This document shows, piece after piece, positions 46,429-56,842 of a DNA stretch of 64,000 bases. Below the pieces are notes generated by a model that was given only the letters and a program-made list of their open reading frames with translations, was not told the origin of the DNA and made no database searches. Numbering within the stretch: the first letter of the stretch is position 1; every line of letters starts with the position of its first letter. This DNA comes from Psammoneis japonica (lineage: Eukaryota). The DNA lies in the NCBI GenBank assembly GCA_008632985.1, contig QPGO01000010.1, positions 186,001-250,000 of the forward strand. Direction: 5' to 3'. The translations under genes were made by a program, and so were the position numbers.

Positions 46429-46950
46429 GGAGTAGGGAATGGGATATTCGAGAGTTTGGGAATAGAATTATCAGCGTGCGTGATGCTGTATCGCTGTTTG
46501 GGAATTCGTAATGCATCAACTACTGTGCTTTGCCGGTTGTATAATTTTAAACGTTAATCAGCGTGTTAACCAAAAGCTACTGCTCGAAAACAAGCTCTCT
46601 CTACCACTACTACTTGTAGTCAAGATTGAAGATACCGCTTGTGGTTGGGCAAGTAGTGAGCAGTTGTGCAGACTCGGAAGTAATCTTTTTTCTACCGGTA
46701 CTCTACCAGGAACTACCAGCAGTAGGACTAGGGAATGGGATATCCAAGAGTTTGGGAATAGAGTTATCAGCGTGCGTTAAGCTGTAACATTGTTTGGGAA
46801 TTCGTAATGCATCGACTACTTGCGTCTTGCTGGTTGCATCATTTGAAACTTTTATCAGCAAAAGCTACTACCGTACTCGAAAACAAGCTCTCTCTACTAC
46901 CACCGGTAGTCAACAATGAAGATACCCCACGTAGCTGGCCAGGTAGTTAT
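46423..46950. repeat. Duplication of the stop/3' flank of the DUF6824 gene (~46423-46660 and ~46720-46950)
   Basis: cagtagg..tagggaatgggatat...gagtttgggaataga.ttatcagcgtgcgt...tgtttgggaattcgtaatgcatc.actact...ctcgaaaacaagctctctct occurs twice. Confidence 0.9.
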
Positions 46951-47219
46951 CAGAGTAATGAAAATTAACGAGGGTATATGGAAAGAATCGTGCAAGATTT
47001 CTTGTGCAGACATATTAACTAGACCTGTTAAGCTACAACTCGGACACAATCTCTCTCTCTCTCTCTACTAGGAACATAGATATTGAAGAATCTTGCGTGA
47101 GTTTTAGGGAACGTACATGAATGTGGGCTTGCTATTGTACGTGGTTAACATAATTATGAACTGAAGGAATGAAAGATGCATGCAAATTGTTGTGCAGACG
47201 TTTTGAAAAAGCTCTCGTT

Positions 47220-48104
47220 CTAGTCCTGAGAGTGTGGCTTTGCGAGACCATCACGCACCCAGACAAAGGCGGCAACCGATGAGAGGAGATGCCAGACGGA
47301 ATGAAGCCAAGGATAGACTGGTCCCGAAACTGCGAGTGACGCAAACCCAAGCGCACTTAGAATCTGAGTGGCGCGGGACGGAGGTCCACACTTGACCCAA
47401 AAGTAAAAGACGGCAGACATGGCTACTCCGTGATCGACGTAGCACAAACTTTCTGCAATTACATGTGGTCCCAGCGCCTGCACCGAGTGGAAAATTGTGC
47501 TTATTGCTCCGGCCACGAGAATCCAGCTTCCCAGCTTTCTCAGAGTTCGTTTTGCTTTTGGGGAAATGCGCGGAAAGATACTCCAGAAATAGAACCCCGT
47601 CACAAAATAAGAAAGATTGGAGAGAAGGAATACGCGCACCATGAGCTTCTTTGTGAATGGAGTGAGACCTAGGTGAAGGTCCTCCCATTTTATACATTGC
47701 CAGAAGTCTGGCATCGACGCCGTTGTACCGAGTACCAATGCACAATATACCGGCACAAGCGTAAGAAGCATGGGTAAACACCACCAACCCTGCGTCAGAG
47801 CGGCTCGAGCTCCTCCTAGTGACGCGACAAACAATTCCCGAAGGTTGATGCGATCTCTCGGCTTCTCCGGCAGCGACTCCGCTTGAAGAGAGTGAAAGCG
47901 TTCATACTTGCATCGATTGCTAGAGCTCGCGGAAAGAAAATTCTTGGGCTGAATCTTTGCATAATTCACCTTTGAAATATATTGTGTCTTGGGAATAACC
48001 AACGGTGAAGCACCCTGGAAAGCAAAACATACCGAAGACAAAGAAATCAAGAAACAACAAGCGACACAGCGTTTTCGCCGGCTGTCGACGATACTTTTCC
48101 ACAT
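47220..48104 (-). CDS. CREST-superfamily (ceramidase/PAQR/TMEM8-like) multi-pass membrane protein, possibly plastid-targeted
   Basis: Conserved SxxxH (ISTIFHS), D (YVDH) and HxxWH (HSVWH) motifs in hydrophobic helices; signal-peptide-like start followed by CFAFQ. Confidence 0.7.
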   Translation of the reverse strand: MWKSIVDSRRKRCVACCFLISLSSVCFAFQGASPLVIPKTQYISKVNYAKIQPKNFLSASSSNRCKYERFHSLQAESLPEKPRDRINLRELFVASLGGARAALTQGWWCLPMLLTLVPVYCALVLGTTASMPDFWQCIKWEDLHLGLTPFTKKLMVRVFLLSNLSYFVTGFYFWSIFPRISPKAKRTLRKLGSWILVAGAISTIFHSVQALGPHVIAESLCYVDHGVAMSAVFYFWVKCGPPSRATQILSALGFASLAVSGPVYPWLHSVWHLLSSVAAFVWVRDGLAKPHSQD

Positions 48105-48578
48105 TTTGACACCACCCTTCTTCTTTGCAATTCAATTTGTACTGAGCAAGTCGAAGCTACCTCACAGCTCTTGTCATGAACAACGCAGAAAGGATTCCTT
48201 TTGCCTTCGGGTGAGAGGTGTGAGGTGAAACTGAACACAACGGTCATGCAGAATCTCCGATGTAGCGCACGTGCGATGTCCGTGATTGAAGAAAGGCTAT
48301 TGATGACGTGGGCAGCAACGTCACCATGGGTGTTCGGGCGAAACGAACCCCAGCAAGCACTCACTTTTTCTCCCTCCAACAAATCTCTTCGCGAATCGCC
48401 GCTGACTCAGTGGTATGCCAATCGATTGATGAATCCCCAGCATAATTTGAGCTTAATCCTTGCCGCTGCTACTTGTTCCGACAAGGTAGGGAAATATTCT
48501 CTTGTCGAGCTGAACGCCGACTAGAAACGCATACCGTAAGAATTAATCGACGCGATCTTATCTGTGTTCCATGTTGGA

Positions 48579-49463
48579 ATGATGTTGGCAAATTTTCTCC
48601 TAATGGCGATGGTCGCTACGACTGTAAACAGATCAACCTCCCTAATTATTTCCGCTCCACCACTTGGGACAGATGTGACAAGATGGAAACAAGAAACACA
48701 AAAAGCGACGATCAAAACCACAAACACTGAAGCGCTGACAGTTAGAATTCGGTCAACCCAAGAATCAGATCTAGAAGAGATCTCGGACCTTTTAGCGTGT
48801 GCAAACCTTCAAATCTTAACGAAACAACAATTGAATTGGAAGATGTCTATGGAGTTGCTACGTACCAAAGCTACATTACAATCGCTTCTCTTTCATCGGT
48901 ACCAAGCAATAGTGGAAGCGAAGAAGAAATCACACGCGCTTTTGGACTGCAGCATTGGAGAATGGGCTAGTAGCTTGTGGGATCATGCTTCGTTCCGCAA
49001 CAAGCTTAGCAAAGCTGCCAACTTGTCCAATGAACCTCACTTGTGGAAGGAGCACAACTTTGCCCTCGCTCCAACTGATCCAAGCATGTTACAGCACAAA
49101 ATGATGACGGCGCAAAACGTTCGCACAGGCGAGATTGTCGGCTTTTGCGAAATAGCCATGTTGTCACTTCCTTCGGAAAAAGACAACGTTGACGGCTTCG
49201 ATGACAGTGGTGAGGCGTGTGCTCCTACTATAATGAATCTTGTCATTTCGCCTGAATACCGTCGGAGAGGCATTGCAAGTGGCTTGCTTGAGTCCGCTGC
49301 GAGGGTTACAAGATATGCAATGTCACGACCTACCAGCAATCTAGGTCTCTACGTAGATGAAGCAAATGCCGGAGCCGTTCAGCTATATTCCAAGCATGGG
49401 TTCAAGAAGGTGGCATTAGCAAACAAACAGTGGTACATGTCAAGGGCTTTGTGTGCGTCCTGA
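48579..49463 (+). CDS. GNAT-family acetyltransferase with an N-terminal targeting peptide
   Basis: IVGFCEI...PTIMNLVISPEYRRRGIASGLL...LGLYVDEANAGAVQLYSKHGF: GNAT motifs A and B. Confidence 0.88.
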   Translation: MMLANFLLMAMVATTVNRSTSLIISAPPLGTDVTRWKQETQKATIKTTNTEALTVRIRSTQESDLEEISDLLACANLQILTKQQLNWKMSMELLRTKATLQSLLFHRYQAIVEAKKKSHALLDCSIGEWASSLWDHASFRNKLSKAANLSNEPHLWKEHNFALAPTDPSMLQHKMMTAQNVRTGEIVGFCEIAMLSLPSEKDNVDGFDDSGEACAPTIMNLVISPEYRRRGIASGLLESAARVTRYAMSRPTSNLGLYVDEANAGAVQLYSKHGFKKVALANKQWYMSRALCAS

Positions 49464-49762
49464 TTTCTACACTGAACACATCTCATTTCCAGTTCGACCA
49501 AGGTTCGATTTTCATAATCGCAAGAGCTTATTATGCTACCCCCGCTCCAGCCGCAGTGAAATTTTCAATATTGAAGGTGCAACCGACACCATTCGACTTT
49601 ATTGTTTCAGGGTTAAGGAGTAGTCACAACGTTTTCCATCATCTGCAGCTCCATAGGAACGAAACGAAAGTCGACCACTTCACGCCCGATCAATCGCGTT
49701 GCAAAATTGAAACCTGATTTCCTACAGTGTGTAGAGAATCACCAGATTCAATGTGATATGTG

Positions 49763-50207
49763 TACCCAAGTATGGTGGCGAATACAGCATTTTCGGAGAG
49801 CTTGGCCTCCGTGTTGGACAGTTCTTTTCGATTTTCGATAGAAATCCTACGTGGCTCCGGGAACGTCGATAAGAGAGGCAAAGTCGAACAATGCGTACTA
49901 TATCGTCTCCTTAACAATCCCGGTATAAAGATAGAAAAAACAAGCGCTCTTGGACGAGCTTAGTGACATTTGTTGCCTGATACACCCAAGATGGCGGCGA
50001 ATGCAGCATTTTCGGAGAGCTTGGCCTCCGTGTTGGACATTTCTTTTCGATTTCCGATAGAAATCCTGGATCCTACGTGGCTCCAGGAAGGACGATAAGA
50101 GAGGCAAAGTCGAACAGCGTGTACTCTACCGACCCCTTAACAATCTCGGTGTAGAGATAGGAAACACAAGAGCTCTTGGACAAGCTCAGGGATATTTGTT
50201 GCCTGAG
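49763..50207. repeat. Tandem duplication of ~220 bp
   Basis: acccaag.atgg.ggcgaat.cagcattttcggagagcttggcctccgtgttggaca...gctcttggac.agct...atttgttgcctga at ~49763-49980 and ~49983-50207. Confidence 0.92.
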
Positions 50208-51615
50208 TTTAAACTGAATTACTTAAAACAGCGTCTCTAGAACCACAATGTGTCATCGACAATGTCTTTCAAGTGCTTTACTACTAGCGCGCTGTCAATA
50301 AATGTATTTGTCCCCCAACATGAACGGTAGCAGTGGGTAATCTAATGTAAAGTAGATGTATCTTACTACTGTTCTCTGGACCATTCAATGCTGCTGTTGC
50401 GTCTGATACCCAATTTCGTTCTGTCAGTTAGTAAGTGGAGTTGACAGTCGTGTCGGTGTCATTGGTGAGACGCACATTAATTAACACAGGCATGGTGCAC
50501 CATCCTTTCCTGGTAGGAGCTTGTAGGTACGTTGTTGTTATAATCACAGCAATGCATTGCAAGCAAACGTGCCACAACAGAGCATGAACGCCTTCCAACT
50601 ATATTGAAGCTCGCTCTGGATGCTGCATTACCGCCTGAAACTGCAGTTGTTTTATTCTTAGACATGGGACGGTGGCAGGATCCTAGGTAGCAATGTTCAA
50701 TAGTCATAGTACGCTGCGTTGGCGTTCGACAGAGTGTTGGGGAGGCCCAGTTGTGCTCCAAGGGATGAGGTTTCACGTCACGGTGGAACTAAACCAACGA
50801 CATGGACAGCCACAAACCCACATAAATGACAATCTCGACAAGAGATGGAATATGTCATGTAAAAGACCAGACGTGGAAGTTGAGCCAATGGATCCAGCAC
50901 AGATGTTGGCATTGTTTGATGAATTGTTGGCATGTCCGCTGCAGCACACACGGACTCCTACCTTGAGTGCAGCTGTGAGACGTGAATATATCTCCAAGGC
51001 GTCTACAACTCAAAATAGGATCAATAGATTGAAACCGACATTTTCTCCAATAGCATACCGATTGCAATCACACACAACGAAAAAGGACTCGTTTGAGCAA
51101 ACCTGTTCCACGCTTCACAGCACCTCATTGTTCCCCGCTGGTGCGACCTCGCACTCACGAAGAAAATGTTTTGTGTCGAAGAAAGAGACGTTATCGCACG
51201 TCAACAAAATTCTTCACTTCGCACTCGTACTCGTAACTGACTTAGGACTTAGCAGCAACATGATACTTCTGTTTTCCGGCGTCCCAGCAAACAGCTCCAG
51301 ACGGCGCAGATGCTTAACTCGATTGCTAACCCCGGCACTCCGTTGGGTTGTTCTACTTTCAGCAGGGCAATGATGTATTGCCTCTAGAATATATTTCTGT
51401 TTGCCTTGAGCATGGATGCCCCCGTCGTCAATTGCTCAACTTCGCGCTCCGTGCCACGAAACCAACGTCGCAGTTCCGTGTGGCATGCATCGACATGGTT
51501 TTAAAGATCATGTTCTACCGGTAGGTTGACCTCTATTAGGTTGTACTACTTGCTCCGAAGATATGGTAACGAGATCCAAACGCTTTTATGGCGAATTCCC
51601 TTGCCTTGTCCCTAG

Positions 51616-52055
51616 CCGGGTAAAAATTAATTTGGTGTTTCGCGTGACATTTCTGTCTGAAGCACTGCCTGCCTGCCACGAATTTTGGACATACGTAGAA
51701 TTAGTACCAGGTTCTACGTGGCAGACTTAAACTACACGTAGCGCCTGGTACTGAAATTTGGCTACGTGTACCCTCTCGTAGGACACAGTATGTAGGTACG
51801 ACAGCAAGACAGCGGTCATTCATCTTTTGCGCGTGCATGCGCGCGTGCCGTCATTCCGTTGGTGTCACCATTTTCTATCAAGACATTTATGTACGTGACA
51901 TTTAGTACACATTCTACGTGTGGCTCCTTAAAGTCTTTGTGTGTGTTTACTTGTGTACGTAGAAACTAGTACATTTTCTACGTATGCCTTTTTTGCGACG
52001 GCCGTCCAAGCCCTGCCAGACTGTCACGCGAAACACCAAATTAATTTTTACCCGG
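51616..52055. mobile_element. Non-autonomous DNA transposon (MITE), 440 bp, perfect 34-bp TIRs, 3-bp TSD TAG
   Basis: Left end TAG|ccgggtaaaaattaatttggtgtttcgcgtgaca (51616-51649); right end tgtcacgcgaaacaccaaattaatttttacccgg|TAG (52022-52055). Confidence 0.92.
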
Positions 52056-52504
52056 TAGTCCAGCAGCACAAAAAATCGCAGAACTTGACGCAGAGAGATT
52101 TTGAAATTTCACACGTCAGATGAGTTTTATTAATATATTTATATTTTTCATTGGCATGAAAACGCGACCACTGACACACGATTCTCGCCAAAGCAACGTG
52201 TGCCTCTGGTATCAAAACACGTGGGCGAATCTTGGCAGAATTTTTCATTGTTGTCTCTCTCAACGGACGATGTACCAAATGCACGTAGGTTTCTACGCCT
52301 GACAGAACAATTGAAGCAAGCTGCAAAGCATCAGCCGCCGCGTTGTCACACACATCACACTCTTGTCAATTCTTTCGCAACAAACGTGTGCGTGTTGGAT
52401 TCTCTCTGCTTTTGTTTCTCATACGTTTGATTAAATACGATTCGGTCGAGATTAATCGGTTCCGTACCTTTCATCCTCGTGTTAATCTCTAACTTTTGCT
52501 CACA

Positions 52505-53552
52505 ATGTTGACACAGCAGTCATTGCTTGGTTCTTACGGTGTCATGAGGGTGTCACGGCATTATGTTGCGACTTTTCTGAGAAGCTCCAGACAACCTTGC
52601 CGCTTTCATGCTACTTCCACCATGGCTTTGGTATCCCAGCAGCCGACTATGTGTAGCTCCACTCTGGATCTAGCAGAAAAGAAGGATTTTTCGACTGCTT
52701 TGGCTTCAGAGGACCATCATTACGATGAGCACTGGGAAGCCTTACTTTCTGCCGCATCTCAGCAAGCCACGCAGAGAATGGCTCCCAAGGCTCAAGGGAA
52801 AGAGCTTGATTTGATTGAAGCTGCCGCCTCCGTAGAACTCTACGACAAAATGCTCTTGTTGATTCGACACGGTGAAGTCAAGACGCCAAAAGACAAGAAC
52901 GACGAAAACCTTGATCCTCTCTTGTCTGGGAGAGGAGTAGGACAGGTGCTCAATATGACGAGACGCACGAGTACCTTTTGCAATAACGAAACAGGCCTGA
53001 CACCAGAGCTTGTTGTTACTTCTCCCCTCAAACGTGCTGTCCAAACGGCCATGTTGGCTTTTCCTCAGTACACTCCCGAAACATCACTCAAGAACATTCC
53101 TTGGATTTGTCATGGGGGACTCGAGGAGCAACCGCGCGAGTCACAAGATGTGCCGTCATCGCGTACGGATTTGGAGATGATGTTTCCGGGAATTGACTTT
53201 AGTCTCTATGATCAATACGCAAACCAAGAAAAGATCGACTCGGGCATGGTTGAGTCTAAGTTGGACTTGTTGGATAGAACGGATGCTTTTTTGGAATGGA
53301 TCAAGGGACGAGACGAACGTGTAATTGTTGGTAAGAAAACCTTATCTGATGGTGTATGCTTTGGAGCTCAATGGATATTTGCTTGTGTGCTCACTATGCT
53401 GCAATATCTTGCTCGTTTCGGTAGTCTCGAGTCACTCCACGTGGTTGCAATCCTTTTGTGGATGCAGTCTTGAATATGAGCCTGAAGCTGCAGGCCATGA
53501 GTTGTTCAAAACTGGCGAAATGCGTGCTGTTGGTATCAAGTTCACTAGTTGA
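52505..53552 (+). CDS. Histidine phosphatase (phosphoglycerate mutase-like) protein; intron 53331-53424; start codon uncertain
   Basis: LLIRHGE, DPLLSGRGVGQ, VVTSPLKRAVQT, spliced IVVSSH..WLQ. Confidence 0.85.
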
Positions 53553-54007
53553 AAGCACAACAGGTGCTTGCAGTCTCTTTCATAATGTTAAAGTTAGTCT
53601 TTATCCTCAACCTCGGTAGCTTTCTTTCGCTCTCCAGACAGTACCCAATCGCATTGGGTAGCTTCTGCAAGCCATTAGGCAACCCTGAGCAGACAGAAGT
53701 ACCTAGACGGCAGCACCAAGTTGTTTTCGGGTGCTAATTGCTTTATCTGCCCGATCATCAAGCGTCTGCCGATGCCAAGGCGAGGGGTTTCGGTTAACAA
53801 ACCTTGGACCTCGACACAATCATGTACCCCCACAACTCCACCAGTGCCACCGGTTCGTAGTTTCGTCCATTATTCGGAAGACAACCATTCGCACCGGCCC
53901 ACTTCATAGACAGAACACGCCAATGACCATTCGAGTGCATTTTGGCGCTACTAGAAGACCGAGAAAAGAAGCATCGTGGCGCAGTCTTTCGTAGCAACGG
54001 GATTCAT

Positions 54008-56301
54008 TCAATCATTCGTCTCCTCGTCCGCTTGACTGACGTGGGCCGGTATTGGCACTTGCTTGTCCGAGTACGGCAACAACGCATTCCTGACCTGATT
54101 CACAATCCTGAGATAGTTTGGATCAGTTAGACTGAAGCCAACGAAGAGTAGATGTTTCGTCATGAGACTGGCCTGGACCAATCCACCAAGAGCTTGGTAC
54201 CGAGATGACTCGTACTGAGCGTAGTCGGTGCTTGTAAGGACAATTTCTTCTGGAGCGGATACACAACCGTGCATCTTGAGGAGCCAGTACTGAGCTTTTC
54301 TCCTCGGCCTGTACGGAATGACGGATAAATTCCTTTTTGTGCTGTAGAAGTCATCGCGTTCCCCTCGCAAATTCCACATTTTACAGGCTCTCTCAATCAG
54401 TGTATCATAATTCTGAGTTACCATTGAATGGCATGGTAAAGACATAAGTAGCGTCAGAAGAAGTCCCGGGCGTTGTCCATCTGCTCGCAAGTGATCACAA
54501 GCTCTTTGCTTTAGCGACAATTTGTTGCCGCTTCTGTCCGGTCTTGCAGAACAAATCTCTTCTAACCGATCAGCCATGATCAAAGGATTCCAATCTGTGT
54601 CTTCTCCCAGTTTTCTTTCGGCGGGATCTCCAGTTTCTGTAAAGAAGTCCTCAATATAATGTAGCAAGCCGAACCAACTGGGGAGACCTGATCCAATGCT
54701 TACACCTGCACCAAGAAACAAAGCTAACTGTCGCTGAGAAGCTAAAGAGCGAGATGCTCGGCATCGTCTCTCATATCCAGTCCTAGCTGTTCAAAGCAAG
54801 GAAAATGAATGTCCGGCGGTGAATACGTTAAACCGTCACCGACGTTGTGAGACTCAAATACCTGGTACCGTATCGTCTGTGCATGTGCATAGGTTGCCTC
54901 GTCGGCACACACGAGAACAACATCAACCTTCTTGGACGGCTCCCGTTCCACCACTGCATGTTGAGACAAGAGTTGCAAGAGCCGCTCCACAATATGCCCC
55001 GTCAAATCGCCCGCACGACCAAAGCCTGTCCCCAAAACAGGCAATGCCAAAAGATATCGCTCTCGAAAAACATGTGGTCGGGGCTGGTTTCGCTCCAGTT
55101 CCGTTACTGCAACCTTTAGAAACTGCCGCACTGTTTCAAGTAAGGCTTCAATATGCAGTTCTTCTGGAGGTAGTAGCAAGTGTTGACTATCGCTAGTTTT
55201 TTCCATGCCTGTATATTCACATATTTTTCCCGTGGAAACTTCGCCGGCCACTACAAAAGGAACTGGGGAGCAAATTGCTGATGCTTGCAATTTTTCCCAG
55301 GGCCAGTCTCTGAGAGTCACAACCCGATTACAGTCTGGATGACGTTTTAGTTTGAATTGACGCCGCCGTTCTGGAAAGGTTTGCGAAAGAATTGGATTGT
55401 TCCGAATCGTCTCCTTTCGCCACTGCGCAACAATGGATCCATTCAGTGATGAACTCTTTACAGAAATTTGACAAGGCATCAAAAATGCATCGCATTGGAT
55501 CTCACAAACAGAAGAAAGGCACACAAACACATGACCAGGGCTGGGATCAATTTTGATTGCTTCACGCGGGACCTTTGTGGGGATGGCTGTAGAAGAGGTT
55601 GTCGAAGTATCATTACCCATATCTTGGCGCCTGTACAAGTATTTCTTACCACTTTTGGTGCATGTACACAAGAGATTGGCTTGATACCCCATTTTGGAGC
55701 GCAAGACACCTTCGAGATATTGGTGTGCTCGAGTAGAAGCTGCAGCCGGAGTCTGATTTTGAAGAAATTCTAGGATGGAATCCTTAAAATCACGCTCTCC
55801 CTCACCGAGGAAGGAATCGAAACGATCATCGAGTACGTGACGGCAGCCAGCATCCAACCAGGCGCAATGCATACCCACTAGATCCATAAAGATTTCTTGC
55901 CATCGAGCAGCTTCTGTCTTGTCTGGCGGTGGAGTGAATGTTGGTGTTTTCGAATCTCGTTGATCAGCAGGAGAAGGATGCATGCAAATAAAGTTGACTG
56001 ACAGGTCAGAGTCTGTCTCATAGCTGCATTGACTTTCGTTATTTGCTTGCCATTGGTCGATCGAGAGAGCGGTTGCCATTCCTCGTTTATGCAAGAGTGG
56101 ACGACCATTTGCACTTGGGCTTCCTTCAGATGCCCCGCGATCACTGTGAAATCCTTCTCGTTCGTCTTTGCAACTCATTTCTCTCTCTTCTTGCACCACC
56201 AGCACAGGCAACCATGAACACAGTTGGGGGAAGATGGGGGGCTCTGATAAAGCAGGATGACGATAAGGTTCAGGGTGGTGGAGGTTTGTTCCTTCGATCA
56301 A
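54008..56301 (-). CDS. SIR2-like (SIR2_2-type) protein with an upstream macro-like domain; 1-bp frameshift at ~54742; start and end uncertain
   Basis: (LASQRQLAL)FLGAGVSIGSGLPSWFGLL, VTQNYDTLIE, WLLKMHGCV...IVLTSTDY, HLLFVGFSLTDPN. Upstream GHVFVC...CDAFLMP and LLALPVLGTGFG resemble a macro fold. Confidence 0.8.
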
Positions 56302-56416
56302 AAATTAAAAAGTCGAAAAAATGCGAAAGCAACAAGCGATGCACCGGCGGGGAGACGTTTCTTTTGGATATCGATTTGGTTTGTACCGGCTACGTAGAAA
56401 TGTACGCAAATCTACT

Positions 56417-56585
56417 TGGAATCCGGAATCGTAACACGCAAAAAAGGATTTGTAACACGCAAAAAAGGAATCGTAACAAACACGCAAAAAACGGCCTTGT
56501 TGGACGCAGTTGAAAAAAGCGGTGTGTTACGATTCCTTTTTGGGTGTTACATTTCCTTTTTTGCGTGTTACGATTCCGGATTCCA
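56417..56585. mobile_element. Small foldback (palindromic) element, ~62-bp arms built from ~20-bp subrepeats
   Basis: tggaatccggaatcgtaacacgcaaaaaagg..gtaacacgcaaaaaaggaatcgtaaca is mirrored by tgttacgattcctttttgggtgttac...ttgcgtgttacgattccggattcca; no clear TSD. Confidence 0.7.
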
Positions 56586-56842
56586 TACGCACACATCAAG
56601 GACGAGCACAACGGATGATGCAGGATGGCGCGCGCGATGCACACGTAATGATGACGTGGCATTTTTTCAAAAGTCGGCCTGCGGGGGGAAGTGCGTGTTG
56701 CCGAATTTGGAAATTCGGGGATAGATGATTATGAGCAGGATGCAAGCACGACATGCTCATCACTAAGCATTGCAGCGGCCACTTCTACCATACCATAGAG
56801 CTAAAGCATTGGTTCGTAAGCAAAGACCTTGCACGGAAAAAG

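Noticed and set aside
50693..51373. 226-aa ORF
   Set aside because: No motif and uneven composition; likely spurious or a degraded fragment.
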